Positions 29,366 to 38,075 of a stretch of 44,072 bases of DNA are shown piece after piece; positions within the stretch are counted from its first letter, which is position 1; every line of letters begins with the position of its first letter. The position numbers were made by a program, and so were the translations under genes. Below the pieces are notes generated by a model. The model was not told the DNA's origin, did no database searches, and saw only the letters and a program-made list of their open reading frames with translations. Source of the stretch: Nitrospinota bacterium (GTDB taxonomy: Bacteria > Nitrospinota > Nitrospinia > CAJXCL01); the NCBI GenBank assembly GCA_036011265.1, contig DASCNB010000008.1:1-44072 (forward strand), given 5' to 3'.

Positions 29366-30316
29366 ATGGAAATAGCTGATCCAAAAAATCATAACACTCC
29401 TTTTTTCTCAGCAATTATAACCTGTTATTTTGAAGAAAAGAGCATAATAGAATTTCATACAAGGTTTTCAAAAGCTTTAAATAGCTTAGACAAAAGTTAT
29501 GAAATAATATTTGTCAACGATGGCAGTGCGGATGGAACCTTTGAGTTATTGAAGGAAATATTCAATAGGGACAAGAAAGTTACCAGGGTAATTAATTTCT
29601 TTAAAAACTCGGGACAGGGAGCTGCTATTACTGCAGGAATAAATCATGCCAAGGGAAAACATTTTATTTTGATGGATAGCGATCTTCAATTGGCTCCGGA
29701 GGAACTCCCATTGCTGGTCAACGAATTTGAAAAAGGCTGCGACATTGTAAGCGGCTATAGAAAAGATAGGAAGGATTCATTTTTCAGAATTGTTCCCTCT
29801 GTGCTTGCTAACTATATTATGCGCAAAGTGTCTAAAAGCGATTTAAAGGATTTCGGCTGTACTTTTAAAATATATCATGGAGAACTGATAAGGGCTTTTA
29901 ATTTAGGTCCGTTAAAATTATTTAACCCAGTTTATATTATAGAACAAGCTCAAAAATGCCGGGAGGTCCCTGTTTCTCATTTCCCTCGAAAATACGGGAA
30001 ATCGGGCTGGACCTTTAACAAATTAACGGAATACAATATGGAAAATTTTATGGGTATGTTTTCGAAAGCCTTTCAAGTTATAGGATTCTGGAGCATTCTT
30101 ATAGCCCTGCTTCTTGTTCTGAGGACAATTGTTGACTATTTTTATTCTTTTAAAATTCTTTCTAAAATATATAATGGACTTTTATTGATTGCCATAATGC
30201 TTTCCATGTTTATAACATTAAAGATGCTTTGTTTGATAGGCGAGTATGTGGTAAGAATTTTTTCCGTAGCGCAGAAAAATCCTAAATATATTATTAAAGA
30301 AATCCTGGAACGGTAG
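29366..30316 (+). CDS. Membrane-anchored GT2 polyprenyl-phosphate sugar synthase (ArnC/GtrB/CsbB/DPM1-like)
   Basis: FSAIITCYFEE..., YEIIFVNDGSADGT, NSGQGAAITAGINHAKG, ILMDSDLQLAPEE and DIVSGYRKDRKD motifs, plus two C-terminal TM helices. Confidence 0.8.
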   Translation: MEIADPKNHNTPFFSAIITCYFEEKSIIEFHTRFSKALNSLDKSYEIIFVNDGSADGTFELLKEIFNRDKKVTRVINFFKNSGQGAAITAGINHAKGKHFILMDSDLQLAPEELPLLVNEFEKGCDIVSGYRKDRKDSFFRIVPSVLANYIMRKVSKSDLKDFGCTFKIYHGELIRAFNLGPLKLFNPVYIIEQAQKCREVPVSHFPRKYGKSGWTFNKLTEYNMENFMGMFSKAFQVIGFWSILIALLLVLRTIVDYFYSFKILSKIYNGLLLIAIMLSMFITLKMLCLIGEYVVRIFSVAQKNPKYIIKEILER

Positions 30317-30321
30317 TTTTT

Positions 30322-31002
30322 ATGAAGTTTGCATTTTATGTTTCCGGCAAGGCAACACGATTAGTAAAAACTTTATCTCACTTGGAACACAGCAACGCTG
30401 AACTTCTTAAAAAAATAAAACTTGCCTTTATCGACAACTGTAACAACGACTCTTTAAGAGAACTGTGTGGCAGACTGGGGCTAAACTTCTTCGAGTTTAA
30501 CGCTGACGCTGTTAAAAAAGAATTAATTAACGAAACGCTTTCCGGGAAATTGCTGGAATGTTTTTTTAATGAAAAGATAGATTACGGATTTGTTTTTGGA
30601 AGAAGGATTCTGGTTGGAGAAATTCTTAATAAATACAATCACAGGTTAATCAACTTTCATCCATCCCTTTTACCCCAATTCAAAGGAGTTAATGCGATTG
30701 ATCAGGCGCTAAAGGAAAAAGCCTTTTTGTTAGGCAATTCAGCCCATTTTATTAACGAAAAGGTAGATGAAGGGGAGATCATCATGCAGTCTCTTCTTCC
30801 TAGTCTTTCCTTTAAAAATTATGACGACGTACTGGACATGCAGATTAATATGCTAATCCAGATCATGTGCTGGCTGATGGAAAGCAGGATTACCGTTAAA
30901 GACGGAAGAGTTAATATAAATAACGCTAAATATGAAATAAGCAGCTATATCCCAAATTTGGAGTTTACTATTAATGAGTTTTTTAAGAGAGAAAATCAGT
31001 GA
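30322..31002 (+). CDS. Formyltransferase-domain protein, probable sugar N-formyltransferase
   Basis: LINFHPSLLPQFKG and SAHFINEKVDEGEII match the N..H...D catalytic layout of Fmt/PurN/ArnA-N type formyltransferases. At 226 aa it is in the size range of sugar N-formyltransferases. Confidence 0.75.
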   Translation: MKFAFYVSGKATRLVKTLSHLEHSNAELLKKIKLAFIDNCNNDSLRELCGRLGLNFFEFNADAVKKELINETLSGKLLECFFNEKIDYGFVFGRRILVGEILNKYNHRLINFHPSLLPQFKGVNAIDQALKEKAFLLGNSAHFINEKVDEGEIIMQSLLPSLSFKNYDDVLDMQINMLIQIMCWLMESRITVKDGRVNINNAKYEISSYIPNLEFTINEFFKRENQ

Positions 31003-31703
31003 AAGTTGGAATTATGCAACCCTATCTTTTTCCCTATATGGGTTATTTTCAGTTGATCAACGCGGTGGACACGTTTGTCATTCATGATGATGTTCAATAT
31101 ATTAAATCAGGTTGGATAAATAGGAATAGGTTTCTTCTTAATGGCAAAGAGTACTTGTTTACATTTAGCGTCAAAAAAAATGCTTTTACCCGGTTTATTA
31201 ACCAAAGATATTATTCCGACAAATTTGAAATGGAGAAGGGGAAATTTCTCCGGGTACTAAAACAGGCATACTGCAAGGCACCTTTTTATAATAAAATTTT
31301 TTCTTTAACTCGTGAAATATTGTCTCATAAGGACCTGAATGTTTCGAGCTTAAATTTATTTGGGATTAAGAAATTCTGTGAATATTTAGGCATATCGACG
31401 CCAATGGTTTTATCATCGGATTTGGAAAAAAACTGTAGTTTAAGAAACGAGGCTCGTGTTATAGGCATTAACCGAGCTTTGAAGGCAACCCATTATGTAA
31501 ATCCGGTTGGTGGCATTGATCTCTATTCTAAGGAATTTTTTTCTAAAAACGGGTTAAAATTACTTTTTCTCAAATCCCACGAAATTAAATATAAGCAATT
31601 TAATGATGCTTATTTGCCCGGACTTTCAATAGTAGATGTTTGCATGTTTAACAAAATAGATGATATTCAAACTTTTTTAAATCAATACGAGTTAAAATCT
31701 TAA
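30999..31703 (+). CDS. WbqC-like family protein (function unknown, O-antigen-locus associated)
   Basis: VGIMQPYLFPYMGYFQLINAVDTFVIHDDVQYIKSGWINRNR is the typical WbqC N-terminus. The GTG start overlaps the formyltransferase stop (GTGA). Confidence 0.75.
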   Translation: MKVGIMQPYLFPYMGYFQLINAVDTFVIHDDVQYIKSGWINRNRFLLNGKEYLFTFSVKKNAFTRFINQRYYSDKFEMEKGKFLRVLKQAYCKAPFYNKIFSLTREILSHKDLNVSSLNLFGIKKFCEYLGISTPMVLSSDLEKNCSLRNEARVIGINRALKATHYVNPVGGIDLYSKEFFSKNGLKLLFLKSHEIKYKQFNDAYLPGLSIVDVCMFNKIDDIQTFLNQYELKS

Positions 31704-31711
31704 GGAAAAAT

Positions 31712-32464
31712 ATGAATAAAATCCGAACCGTATCGCTTGGGCCAAGCCAGGAAAATAAACTGAGAAAGAACCTCATAAAGCTGTTTAAAAAATGCCCTAT
31801 ACCGGAAAATGAACTTTTCTCTAATATAGGGCTATTTTTAAGCAGACATCAGATCTCAAGGATTTTATTCATAAATGATATTTATAAAAACATTTTGAAC
31901 TCGCATGGGGTTGTAATTGAGTTTGGAGTCAGGTGGGGTCAAAATATGGGGTTATTTGAGGCATTAAGAGGTGTCTATGAACCCTTTAACCTTACCCGGA
32001 AAATTATCGGTTTTGATACCTTTGAAGGATTTCCCTCGGTTCATGAAAAAGATGGGAATGACGGTATCACTTCAGTAGGTGGATACGGAGTTACTAAAAA
32101 TTACGAAAAGTATTTAAAACAAATATTGGACTACCATGAAAAAATGAACCCGAACCCTCATATAAAAAAATATGAACTGGTAAAAGGGAACACCCTAAAT
32201 GAAATTGATAAGTATTTTAAAAAACACCCGGAGACAATTGTCGCCCTGGCTTACTTTGATTTCGATTTATATGAACCAACAAAGAAATGTCTGGAAGCTA
32301 TAAAAAGTCGTCTTTCGAAAGGAAGCATTATTGCGTTTGATGAATTAAATTCACCACACTTCCCGGGAGAAACCCTGGCATTAAAAGAAGTTTTTGGATT
32401 AAATAAATTCAAGATCATTCGAAGTCCCTATAGCCAACTTCAATCTTACGTTGTATTTGAATGA
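31712..32464 (+). CDS. TylF/MycF-like SAM-dependent (sugar O-)methyltransferase
   Basis: GVVIEFGVRWGQNM (SAM-binding loop), FDTFEGFP and LAYFDFDLYEPTK, as in macrocin-O-methyltransferase family proteins. Confidence 0.65.
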   Translation: MNKIRTVSLGPSQENKLRKNLIKLFKKCPIPENELFSNIGLFLSRHQISRILFINDIYKNILNSHGVVIEFGVRWGQNMGLFEALRGVYEPFNLTRKIIGFDTFEGFPSVHEKDGNDGITSVGGYGVTKNYEKYLKQILDYHEKMNPNPHIKKYELVKGNTLNEIDKYFKKHPETIVALAYFDFDLYEPTKKCLEAIKSRLSKGSIIAFDELNSPHFPGETLALKEVFGLNKFKIIRSPYSQLQSYVVFE

Positions 32465-32812
32465 CCGATTAGGGAAAAAGCAAACCGGGTTAATCAGTAT
32501 GAACAAAGAAAGCATTTTGTTACTCTTTGTACTAAAATTTACTTAACTTGTGAAAAGCTTTTATATACACTTGTTCCTTTTTCTGTTTTTCAATCTTAAC
32601 ATTGATAACTTCAGAAATGTCATTCCTGTTTTTCGAGTTTCCATTTAAAGCTACTCTAACTCCTTCTATATATATGCGTGTACAGTTTGATCCTGAATTA
32701 GTGCGGTCCAATATCCCAAATATTATGGTCATCCAACAATTAGGTAGAGAACAACGTGAAATTACTAAGCATTTTCGATGAAATCGGTTACAGAATTCAG
32801 TTTCCGAACTAG

Positions 32813-33069
32813 AAACTAAATTCAGACGTTACTTCTATATTTTTTATAGATGATTTTTATGCGATGGATCATGGACTACCTTTAGAAAAGACATTTGTGG
32901 GACATGTAAATTGCTTGCTGGAATTTAATTTTCAGGTTATCAATCTGGGTGTGCAGGTGTGAGGAGCAGATCAATCATTTTTGATTTTAAAAAGTTTAAT
33001 GCCAAAATCGTTGTGTACACTCATAACAACGATCATGTTAGTCGAAATGAGAAATATGATCGTCGATGA
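32813..33069 (+). pseudogene. Possible relic of an SGNH/GDSL-type hydrolase or acyl-esterase (in-frame TGA at 32960-32962 plus one frameshift)
   Basis: My translation is ...SIFFIDDFYAMDHGLPLEKTFVGHVNCLLEFNFQVINLGVQV*GADQSFLILK / FKKFNAKIVVYTHNNDHVSRNEKY. It resembles SGNH blocks I-III (..GDSf.., vvN.GvsG.g..q, vv....g.ND). It has no start codon and no remaining C-terminal half. Confidence 0.35.
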
Positions 33070-33099
33070 TTCTTTAAGTGTGTAAGCTTTTGGAGGACA

Positions 33100-35199
33100 A
33101 TGCCAGTCTTCGATTTAGAAAGAAATGCGAAGCTATGTTTAAAGAATCTGATCAAATGGAGAGATAAAATTTTGAAAATACTTAACCGGCAAAATGTTCA
33201 CTTTTACTATTTATTGTTTTTAGCATTACTGATTCTTTTTTATGCCAGAGGCTGGCTAAATAAACTATATCCTGTCGGATACTCTATAGAAGAAAGCATG
33301 GTTAATATTATTCCTACTTTGCACTTCAAAGAATTTTTACTTATGAACAATGCCATCCCTAATTGGAGTGACTACTCATACTGGGGGCGTCCTTTTTTGG
33401 CAAAATTTCCATTTCTAAGCTTCTTGATTATCTCTTTAATTAGCATTGTTTTTAATATTTCAATTTTGACTTCGTGGAAAATATTAGTTATTACTTGCCT
33501 TTTTTTAGGGGCATTGTTTGTTTACATGATAGTTTACAGACTTACCATAAATCCAAAAGCTTCTTTTATATCGGCAACTATATTTGCGCTTGTTCCTTTT
33601 CACTCTGGTAATACCAGCACCGTATGGTTTATTGCTCCATCATGGGCTTTAATCCCTCTGCTATTTATGGTTTATTTTAAGTTTTTTTCAGAGATGAATT
33701 ATGAGAATGCAATAAAATTTTGCCTGCTCTCCACTATTTTACTGGCCTTTAGCATCCAATATTCAGTAATCGGATTTTTTTTTCTTGGAATTTTTAGTCT
33801 CTTCTGCATTTTTGCTTTTATTGATGGCAAAACTAAACCTTTACAAAAAATAATTAAATTTCATTCCTTTCTAGTCATTCTTCTTTTGTTGCTATTTTCT
33901 TTCGTGTGGGTCCCTTTTGCTCTGGTCGAGGATACTTCGGCATTTGATATTGCACTTGGAGGACGGAATGTCAATTACGAAGTTTCCGTAAACCCAAAAT
34001 TAACTTTTTTTTATCAGCGCGGTTTTCTGAAAGATGTTTTTTATGTGAGCCCGCTTTTCTTTTTTATGGTCTTACTTTCATTTTTCTCAAATGAAAAAGA
34101 AAAATATATTTGGATCATAATGTTTGTGGTGTCTACTTTATTGATATTAGGTAAATACTCTCCCATAGATCTCTATCTTTTTGTAAATCATATTCCTTTC
34201 ATTAATAAGATTAGATTTCCATTCAGGTATATGTATATAACTATTCTATCAGGTAGCATTTTATGCGGTCTGGGATATCAATGGGCTGAAAATAAAATAG
34301 AACTTTTTTTGAACCGATACAAGGCAAAAGCCGTACATTTTTTTTTCTTTTTTATTTTTACATGTTTTTTATTACTTTATATTCCATTCGGATCAGTAGC
34401 CTTCAAATCAACAGATTCATACTTTTTAGAAGATGACATAAAAGCTTACAAATGGATTGCACATCAGGATGGATATTTTAGGATTTTAGAGTTTCCCAGG
34501 AATTTTAAATATGCCTTGTCACCTTTGATTCATAAGAAGAAAACAGTTTTTGGTGCATATCAAGAAGAAGTGACAAAATCTTCGTATCTCCTTGAATCTT
34601 ATCTCAGGAATGGAATAGCTGGATTAACTGATAAAAACACTTCTCTCATTGAAAAAATGAGAGTCAGTAACATAAAATTTATAATATTCCATAGAGATAG
34701 TAATATTAAGGATGAAATTTTATTACGAAATGGAATCGTTTTTGAAAAAGCATATGGTAAGATTAAAATTTATCGAAATGTAAATTTTCTACCATACGCA
34801 ACACTTTATAAAACCTTAATGAGAAACTCATCCACTAATTTTTTACCAGATAAGTATATTTCAACCGTCTTAAAAGTAAAAAAGGCATCAAGCGAACAGA
34901 TAGAGATCAATCTCCCTTCAAGACCGTTTTCTGCCTTATTAGTCATAGCAGAAAGCTATGATACAAACTGGCACGTTACCTCGAACGGGAAAGATAAAAA
35001 AGTAATACCTATAACACCAAATTTTATGGGAGTTAAGGTTCTGGAAGAGGAATCCAAGCTGGTATTCGCATACAAGGAAAATATTATAGAAAAAGTAGCA
35101 AATATAATTACGGTTGGTATTTTTATATTGCTTGCTGTCGGTTTATTTGGTTTTAGGTTGTTTGCAAGGTTAAAAAGATTTGCTTTATTTAAAACCTAA
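33100..35199 (+). CDS. Third, more distant YfhO-like GT-C membrane glycosyltransferase
   Basis: 699 aa and polytopic. IPNWSDYSYWGRPFLAKFPFLSF parallels the PLWN..SGGIP..AN motif of the two giant paralogs. The C-terminus ESYDTNWHVTSNGKDKKVIPITPNFMGVKVLEEESKLVFAYKEN plus a terminal TM mirrors the YfhO-type C-terminus. A GGAGG lies 4 nt upstream of the ATG. Confidence 0.6.
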   Translation: MPVFDLERNAKLCLKNLIKWRDKILKILNRQNVHFYYLLFLALLILFYARGWLNKLYPVGYSIEESMVNIIPTLHFKEFLLMNNAIPNWSDYSYWGRPFLAKFPFLSFLIISLISIVFNISILTSWKILVITCLFLGALFVYMIVYRLTINPKASFISATIFALVPFHSGNTSTVWFIAPSWALIPLLFMVYFKFFSEMNYENAIKFCLLSTILLAFSIQYSVIGFFFLGIFSLFCIFAFIDGKTKPLQKIIKFHSFLVILLLLLFSFVWVPFALVEDTSAFDIALGGRNVNYEVSVNPKLTFFYQRGFLKDVFYVSPLFFFMVLLSFFSNEKEKYIWIIMFVVSTLLILGKYSPIDLYLFVNHIPFINKIRFPFRYMYITILSGSILCGLGYQWAENKIELFLNRYKAKAVHFFFFFIFTCFLLLYIPFGSVAFKSTDSYFLEDDIKAYKWIAHQDGYFRILEFPRNFKYALSPLIHKKKTVFGAYQEEVTKSSYLLESYLRNGIAGLTDKNTSLIEKMRVSNIKFIIFHRDSNIKDEILLRNGIVFEKAYGKIKIYRNVNFLPYATLYKTLMRNSSTNFLPDKYISTVLKVKKASSEQIEINLPSRPFSALLVIAESYDTNWHVTSNGKDKKVIPITPNFMGVKVLEEESKLVFAYKENIIEKVANIITVGIFILLAVGLFGFRLFARLKRFALFKT

Positions 35200-35378
35200 G
35201 TGTAATTAATTGCACAAATGTAGTTATTGGAAAAAGCTATAATATCAGTAGATACTCATGAAATGATTGCCGCAAAAAATTTTATTCTACTTCTTCCGAC
35301 GTTAAAGCGTAAAAAAATTAAAAGATTTTTTAATCCATCTCGTCGTTTCCGGGCATTTTTACGTTGTACAATCCAAGT

Positions 35379-35407
35379 TTGACATAGTTCATTGTTTTTG
35401 TTAGTAT
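35379..35407 (+). promoter_or_regulatory. Near-consensus sigma70-type promoter (-35 TTGACA, 17-nt spacer, -10 TAGTAT)
   Basis: TTGACA at 35379-35384 and TAGTAT at 35402-35407, ending 33 nt upstream of a small ATG ORF at 35440. Confidence 0.35.
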
Positions 35408-35920
35408 TTTTTTCAACTTTGAAAAGCAAAACTTCCCTAATGAAGCATATAGAGACTCTGTTAAAAGACTATAGTGAAGATGAAATAGTTAAAAAATAGA
35501 CCTCTTGAAAAGTCTGAAGCATTCTATTGTGGAAATATCTGAGGCGATCTCGCTTGTTCTGCAGCATATCCTTGTAAGACAATATGGAGTTCCTGTTAAG
35601 GGCTTGTTTGAAAGTCATCGGAGGTTGATATCGTTTGAAAAACGCTTTTATCGGCCTTGTAGCATTTCTTAAGCTCCGAAATTTTCTCGTCCATAAATAT
35701 TGGATAATTGAACAGTTGGATATAGAGATTTTTTGGTTACATTGAGTCTATTGAAAGGTTTTTTAGGAAAAAAGCGCGGGAGTAGTTTCTCAATTATATT
35801 GCCTGCAATATATCAAGACCGCTATTATTCCAAGATATTACTAAAAAAGGATTAAACAAATTCGTAAAATCTGTGCAAGGATTTTCATCAATTATCGTAT
35901 CTAATTTGTAAATTAAAATC

Positions 35921-36679
35921 ATGATTAGCGGAAAAAAAGTGGTGGTAGTGCTTCCGGCTTATAATGCGGAAAAGACCTTAAAAGACACCCATGACGAAAT
36001 ACCGGGAGATATTGTGGACAATATTATCCTGGTTGACGATGCCAGTAGCGATCACACTGTAGAATTAGCCAACAAGTTGAATTTAAAAACCATAGTGCAT
36101 CCCGACAATAAAGGATACGGTGGAAATCAGAAAACATGCTACAGGGAGGCTCTTAAGGCAGGGGCGGACATTGTTATTATGCTTCATCCGGACTATCAGT
36201 ATTCGCCAAAATTAATCGCTTCAATGGCTCACCTGGTTGCTTCCAGGCATTTTGATGTTGTCATCGGCTCAAGAATTTTAGGAACGGGCGCTCTTAAAGG
36301 AGGCATGCCGTTATATAAATATATATCCAACCGTTTCTTAACTTTAATACAGAATTTAATGCTTGGGTATAAACTATCAGAATATCATACCGGATATCGC
36401 GCGTTCAGCCGTAAGGTATTAGAATTACTACCCCTGGAAGAAAACTCGGATGACTTCCTCTTTGATAACCAAATGCTTGCCCAATGTATCTATAATAAAT
36501 TTGAAATTGGCGAAATATCATGTCCGACAAAATACTTTCCAGAAGCATCGTCTATTAACTTCATTAGAAGTGTAGAATATGGTTTCGGAGTGCTTATAAC
36601 ATCTTTACAATTCTTCTTGTGTAAGAAAAAAATAATCTGCTCAAAAATTTTCAATCCAAAAGGCAGGAAATTGAGTTAA
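35921..36679 (+). CDS. Soluble GT2 family glycosyltransferase
   Basis: [39 protein letters not shown] and LHPDYQY motifs. 252 aa with no TM helices. Confidence 0.8.
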   Translation: MISGKKVVVVLPAYNAEKTLKDTHDEIPGDIVDNIILVDDASSDHTVELANKLNLKTIVHPDNKGYGGNQKTCYREALKAGADIVIMLHPDYQYSPKLIASMAHLVASRHFDVVIGSRILGTGALKGGMPLYKYISNRFLTLIQNLMLGYKLSEYHTGYRAFSRKVLELLPLEENSDDFLFDNQMLAQCIYNKFEIGEISCPTKYFPEASSINFIRSVEYGFGVLITSLQFFLCKKKIICSKIFNPKGRKLS

Positions 36680-36683
36680 AAAC

Positions 36684-37958
36684 ATGTCTTTTATAGCAGA
36701 CCTTCATATTCATTCCTGTTATTCCCGCGCCACAAGCAAAGAGATGAATCCTCAAAATATTTTTAAATGGGCCCAGATAAAAGGAGTCACGGTCATAGCT
36801 ACCGGTGATTTTACCCACCCGCTCTGGTTCGCGGAGCTAAGAGAAAAGCTTGAACCGGCAGAAGAGGGTCTGTTTGCTCTTAAAAAAGAGTTTCAAAATT
36901 CTAATATTAATGAAGTCCCGGATTCTTGCAAAGGAGATGTCCGCTTCGTTTTATCAGCGGAGGTCAGCTGTATATACAGCAAAAATAATAAAGTCAGAAA
37001 AATACACAACCTCATATATGCACCGGATTTTGAGACAGCATCAATGATAAATTCAGAACTGGATAAAATCGGAAATTTAAGATCAGATGGCAGGCCTATA
37101 TTAGGTCTCGACGCGAAAGAACTTCTGAAAATAGTGCTTGATTCAGGAGATGACTCAATGCTTATACCTGCTCATGTCTGGACGCCGCATTTCTCTCTGT
37201 TTGGCTCCGTTTCAGGTTTTGATTCCCTAGAAGAATGCTTTGATGAACTTACCCCTAATATCCACGCTATTGAAACCGGACTTTCCTCAGATCCGGCTAT
37301 GAATTGGAGACTTTCCACCCTTGAAAATGTTACCCTTGTGTCTAATTCTGACGCGCATTCTCCTGCTAAAATTGCGCGAGAAGCGAATATCTTTAACACA
37401 GATTTGTCATATCAGGCTATAAAAAATGCCATCATAGAAGGAAACAATAACAAATTTTTAGGTACCATAGAGTTTTTCCCTGAAGAAGGAAAATACCATT
37501 TTGATGGACATCGATCGTGCAAAACCAGAATGTCGCCAAAAGATACAAAAAACAATAATAACTTATGTCCTGTTTGTCGGAAAAAGGTTACCGTGGGCGT
37601 CATGCACAGAGTGGATCTGCTTGCCGATAGGGAAGAAGGTTTTAAACCTGAAAGTTCACCAACCTTTGAGTGCCTGATACCTCTTGCGGAAATTATTTCC
37701 GAAGCTATAGGAGTGGGAGTAAACAGCAAAACAGTACAAAGAGAATACATGAAACTCGTAAGCGCCCTTGGAAATGAGATGAAAATACTTCAAGAATCGG
37801 ATATCGAAAAAATAAAGAGCGTTAGTTCTTCAAAGATTGGGGATGGAATAGATAGAGTAAGAAAAAGGAATATTAGCATCAATCCCGGGTATGATGGCGA
37901 GTACGGGACAATCAAAGTATTCGGGAGTGTTGAAAAAAAGAAACAAAAACACAAATGA
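36684..37958 (+). CDS. PHP-domain metallo-nuclease with Zn-ribbon, endonuclease Q-like (COG1379-type)
   Basis: FIADLHIHSCYSRATSKEM...ATGDFTHPLW (PHP motif), EGKYHFDGHRSCKTRM and CPVCRKKVTVGVMHRV (Zn-ribbon). It is 424 aa and starts 4 nt after the GT2 stop. Confidence 0.65.
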   Translation: MSFIADLHIHSCYSRATSKEMNPQNIFKWAQIKGVTVIATGDFTHPLWFAELREKLEPAEEGLFALKKEFQNSNINEVPDSCKGDVRFVLSAEVSCIYSKNNKVRKIHNLIYAPDFETASMINSELDKIGNLRSDGRPILGLDAKELLKIVLDSGDDSMLIPAHVWTPHFSLFGSVSGFDSLEECFDELTPNIHAIETGLSSDPAMNWRLSTLENVTLVSNSDAHSPAKIAREANIFNTDLSYQAIKNAIIEGNNNKFLGTIEFFPEEGKYHFDGHRSCKTRMSPKDTKNNNNLCPVCRKKVTVGVMHRVDLLADREEGFKPESSPTFECLIPLAEIISEAIGVGVNSKTVQREYMKLVSALGNEMKILQESDIEKIKSVSSSKIGDGIDRVRKRNISINPGYDGEYGTIKVFGSVEKKKQKHK

Positions 37959-37983
37959 ACTCATTTTGAAGTTCACGCTTTTT
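37956..37983 (+). terminator. Weak intrinsic terminator candidate
   Basis: A 6-bp stem tgaact/agttca (37956-37961 and 37970-37975) with an 8-nt loop, followed by cgcTTTTT. Confidence 0.3.
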
Positions 37984-38075
37984 ATCATAAAATAATGGTC
38001 TTGGAGTAAACAGCAAGAGATGTTAACAGTTGTTTATCCATCATTCTTGCTAATTAACCCAAAGAGGAGGTTATT

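Noticed and set aside
32532-32732. Track ORF of 66 aa (minus strand) in the spacer after the methyltransferase gene.
   Set aside because: It has no recognisable family, no RBS and an isolated orientation against both neighbours. It is probably a chance ORF or an unrecognisable relic.
6153-32962. Possible TGA recoding (an alternative genetic code), suggested by in-frame TGAs at 6153-6155 and 32960-32962 in otherwise protein-like frames.
   Set aside because: TGA clearly terminates intact genes at sensible lengths (31000-31002, 32462-32464, 37956-37958). The two TGAs would replace different residue types (Gly-like versus aromatic-like positions). Both host frames also carry frameshifts, so they are ordinary nonsense mutations in pseudogenes.
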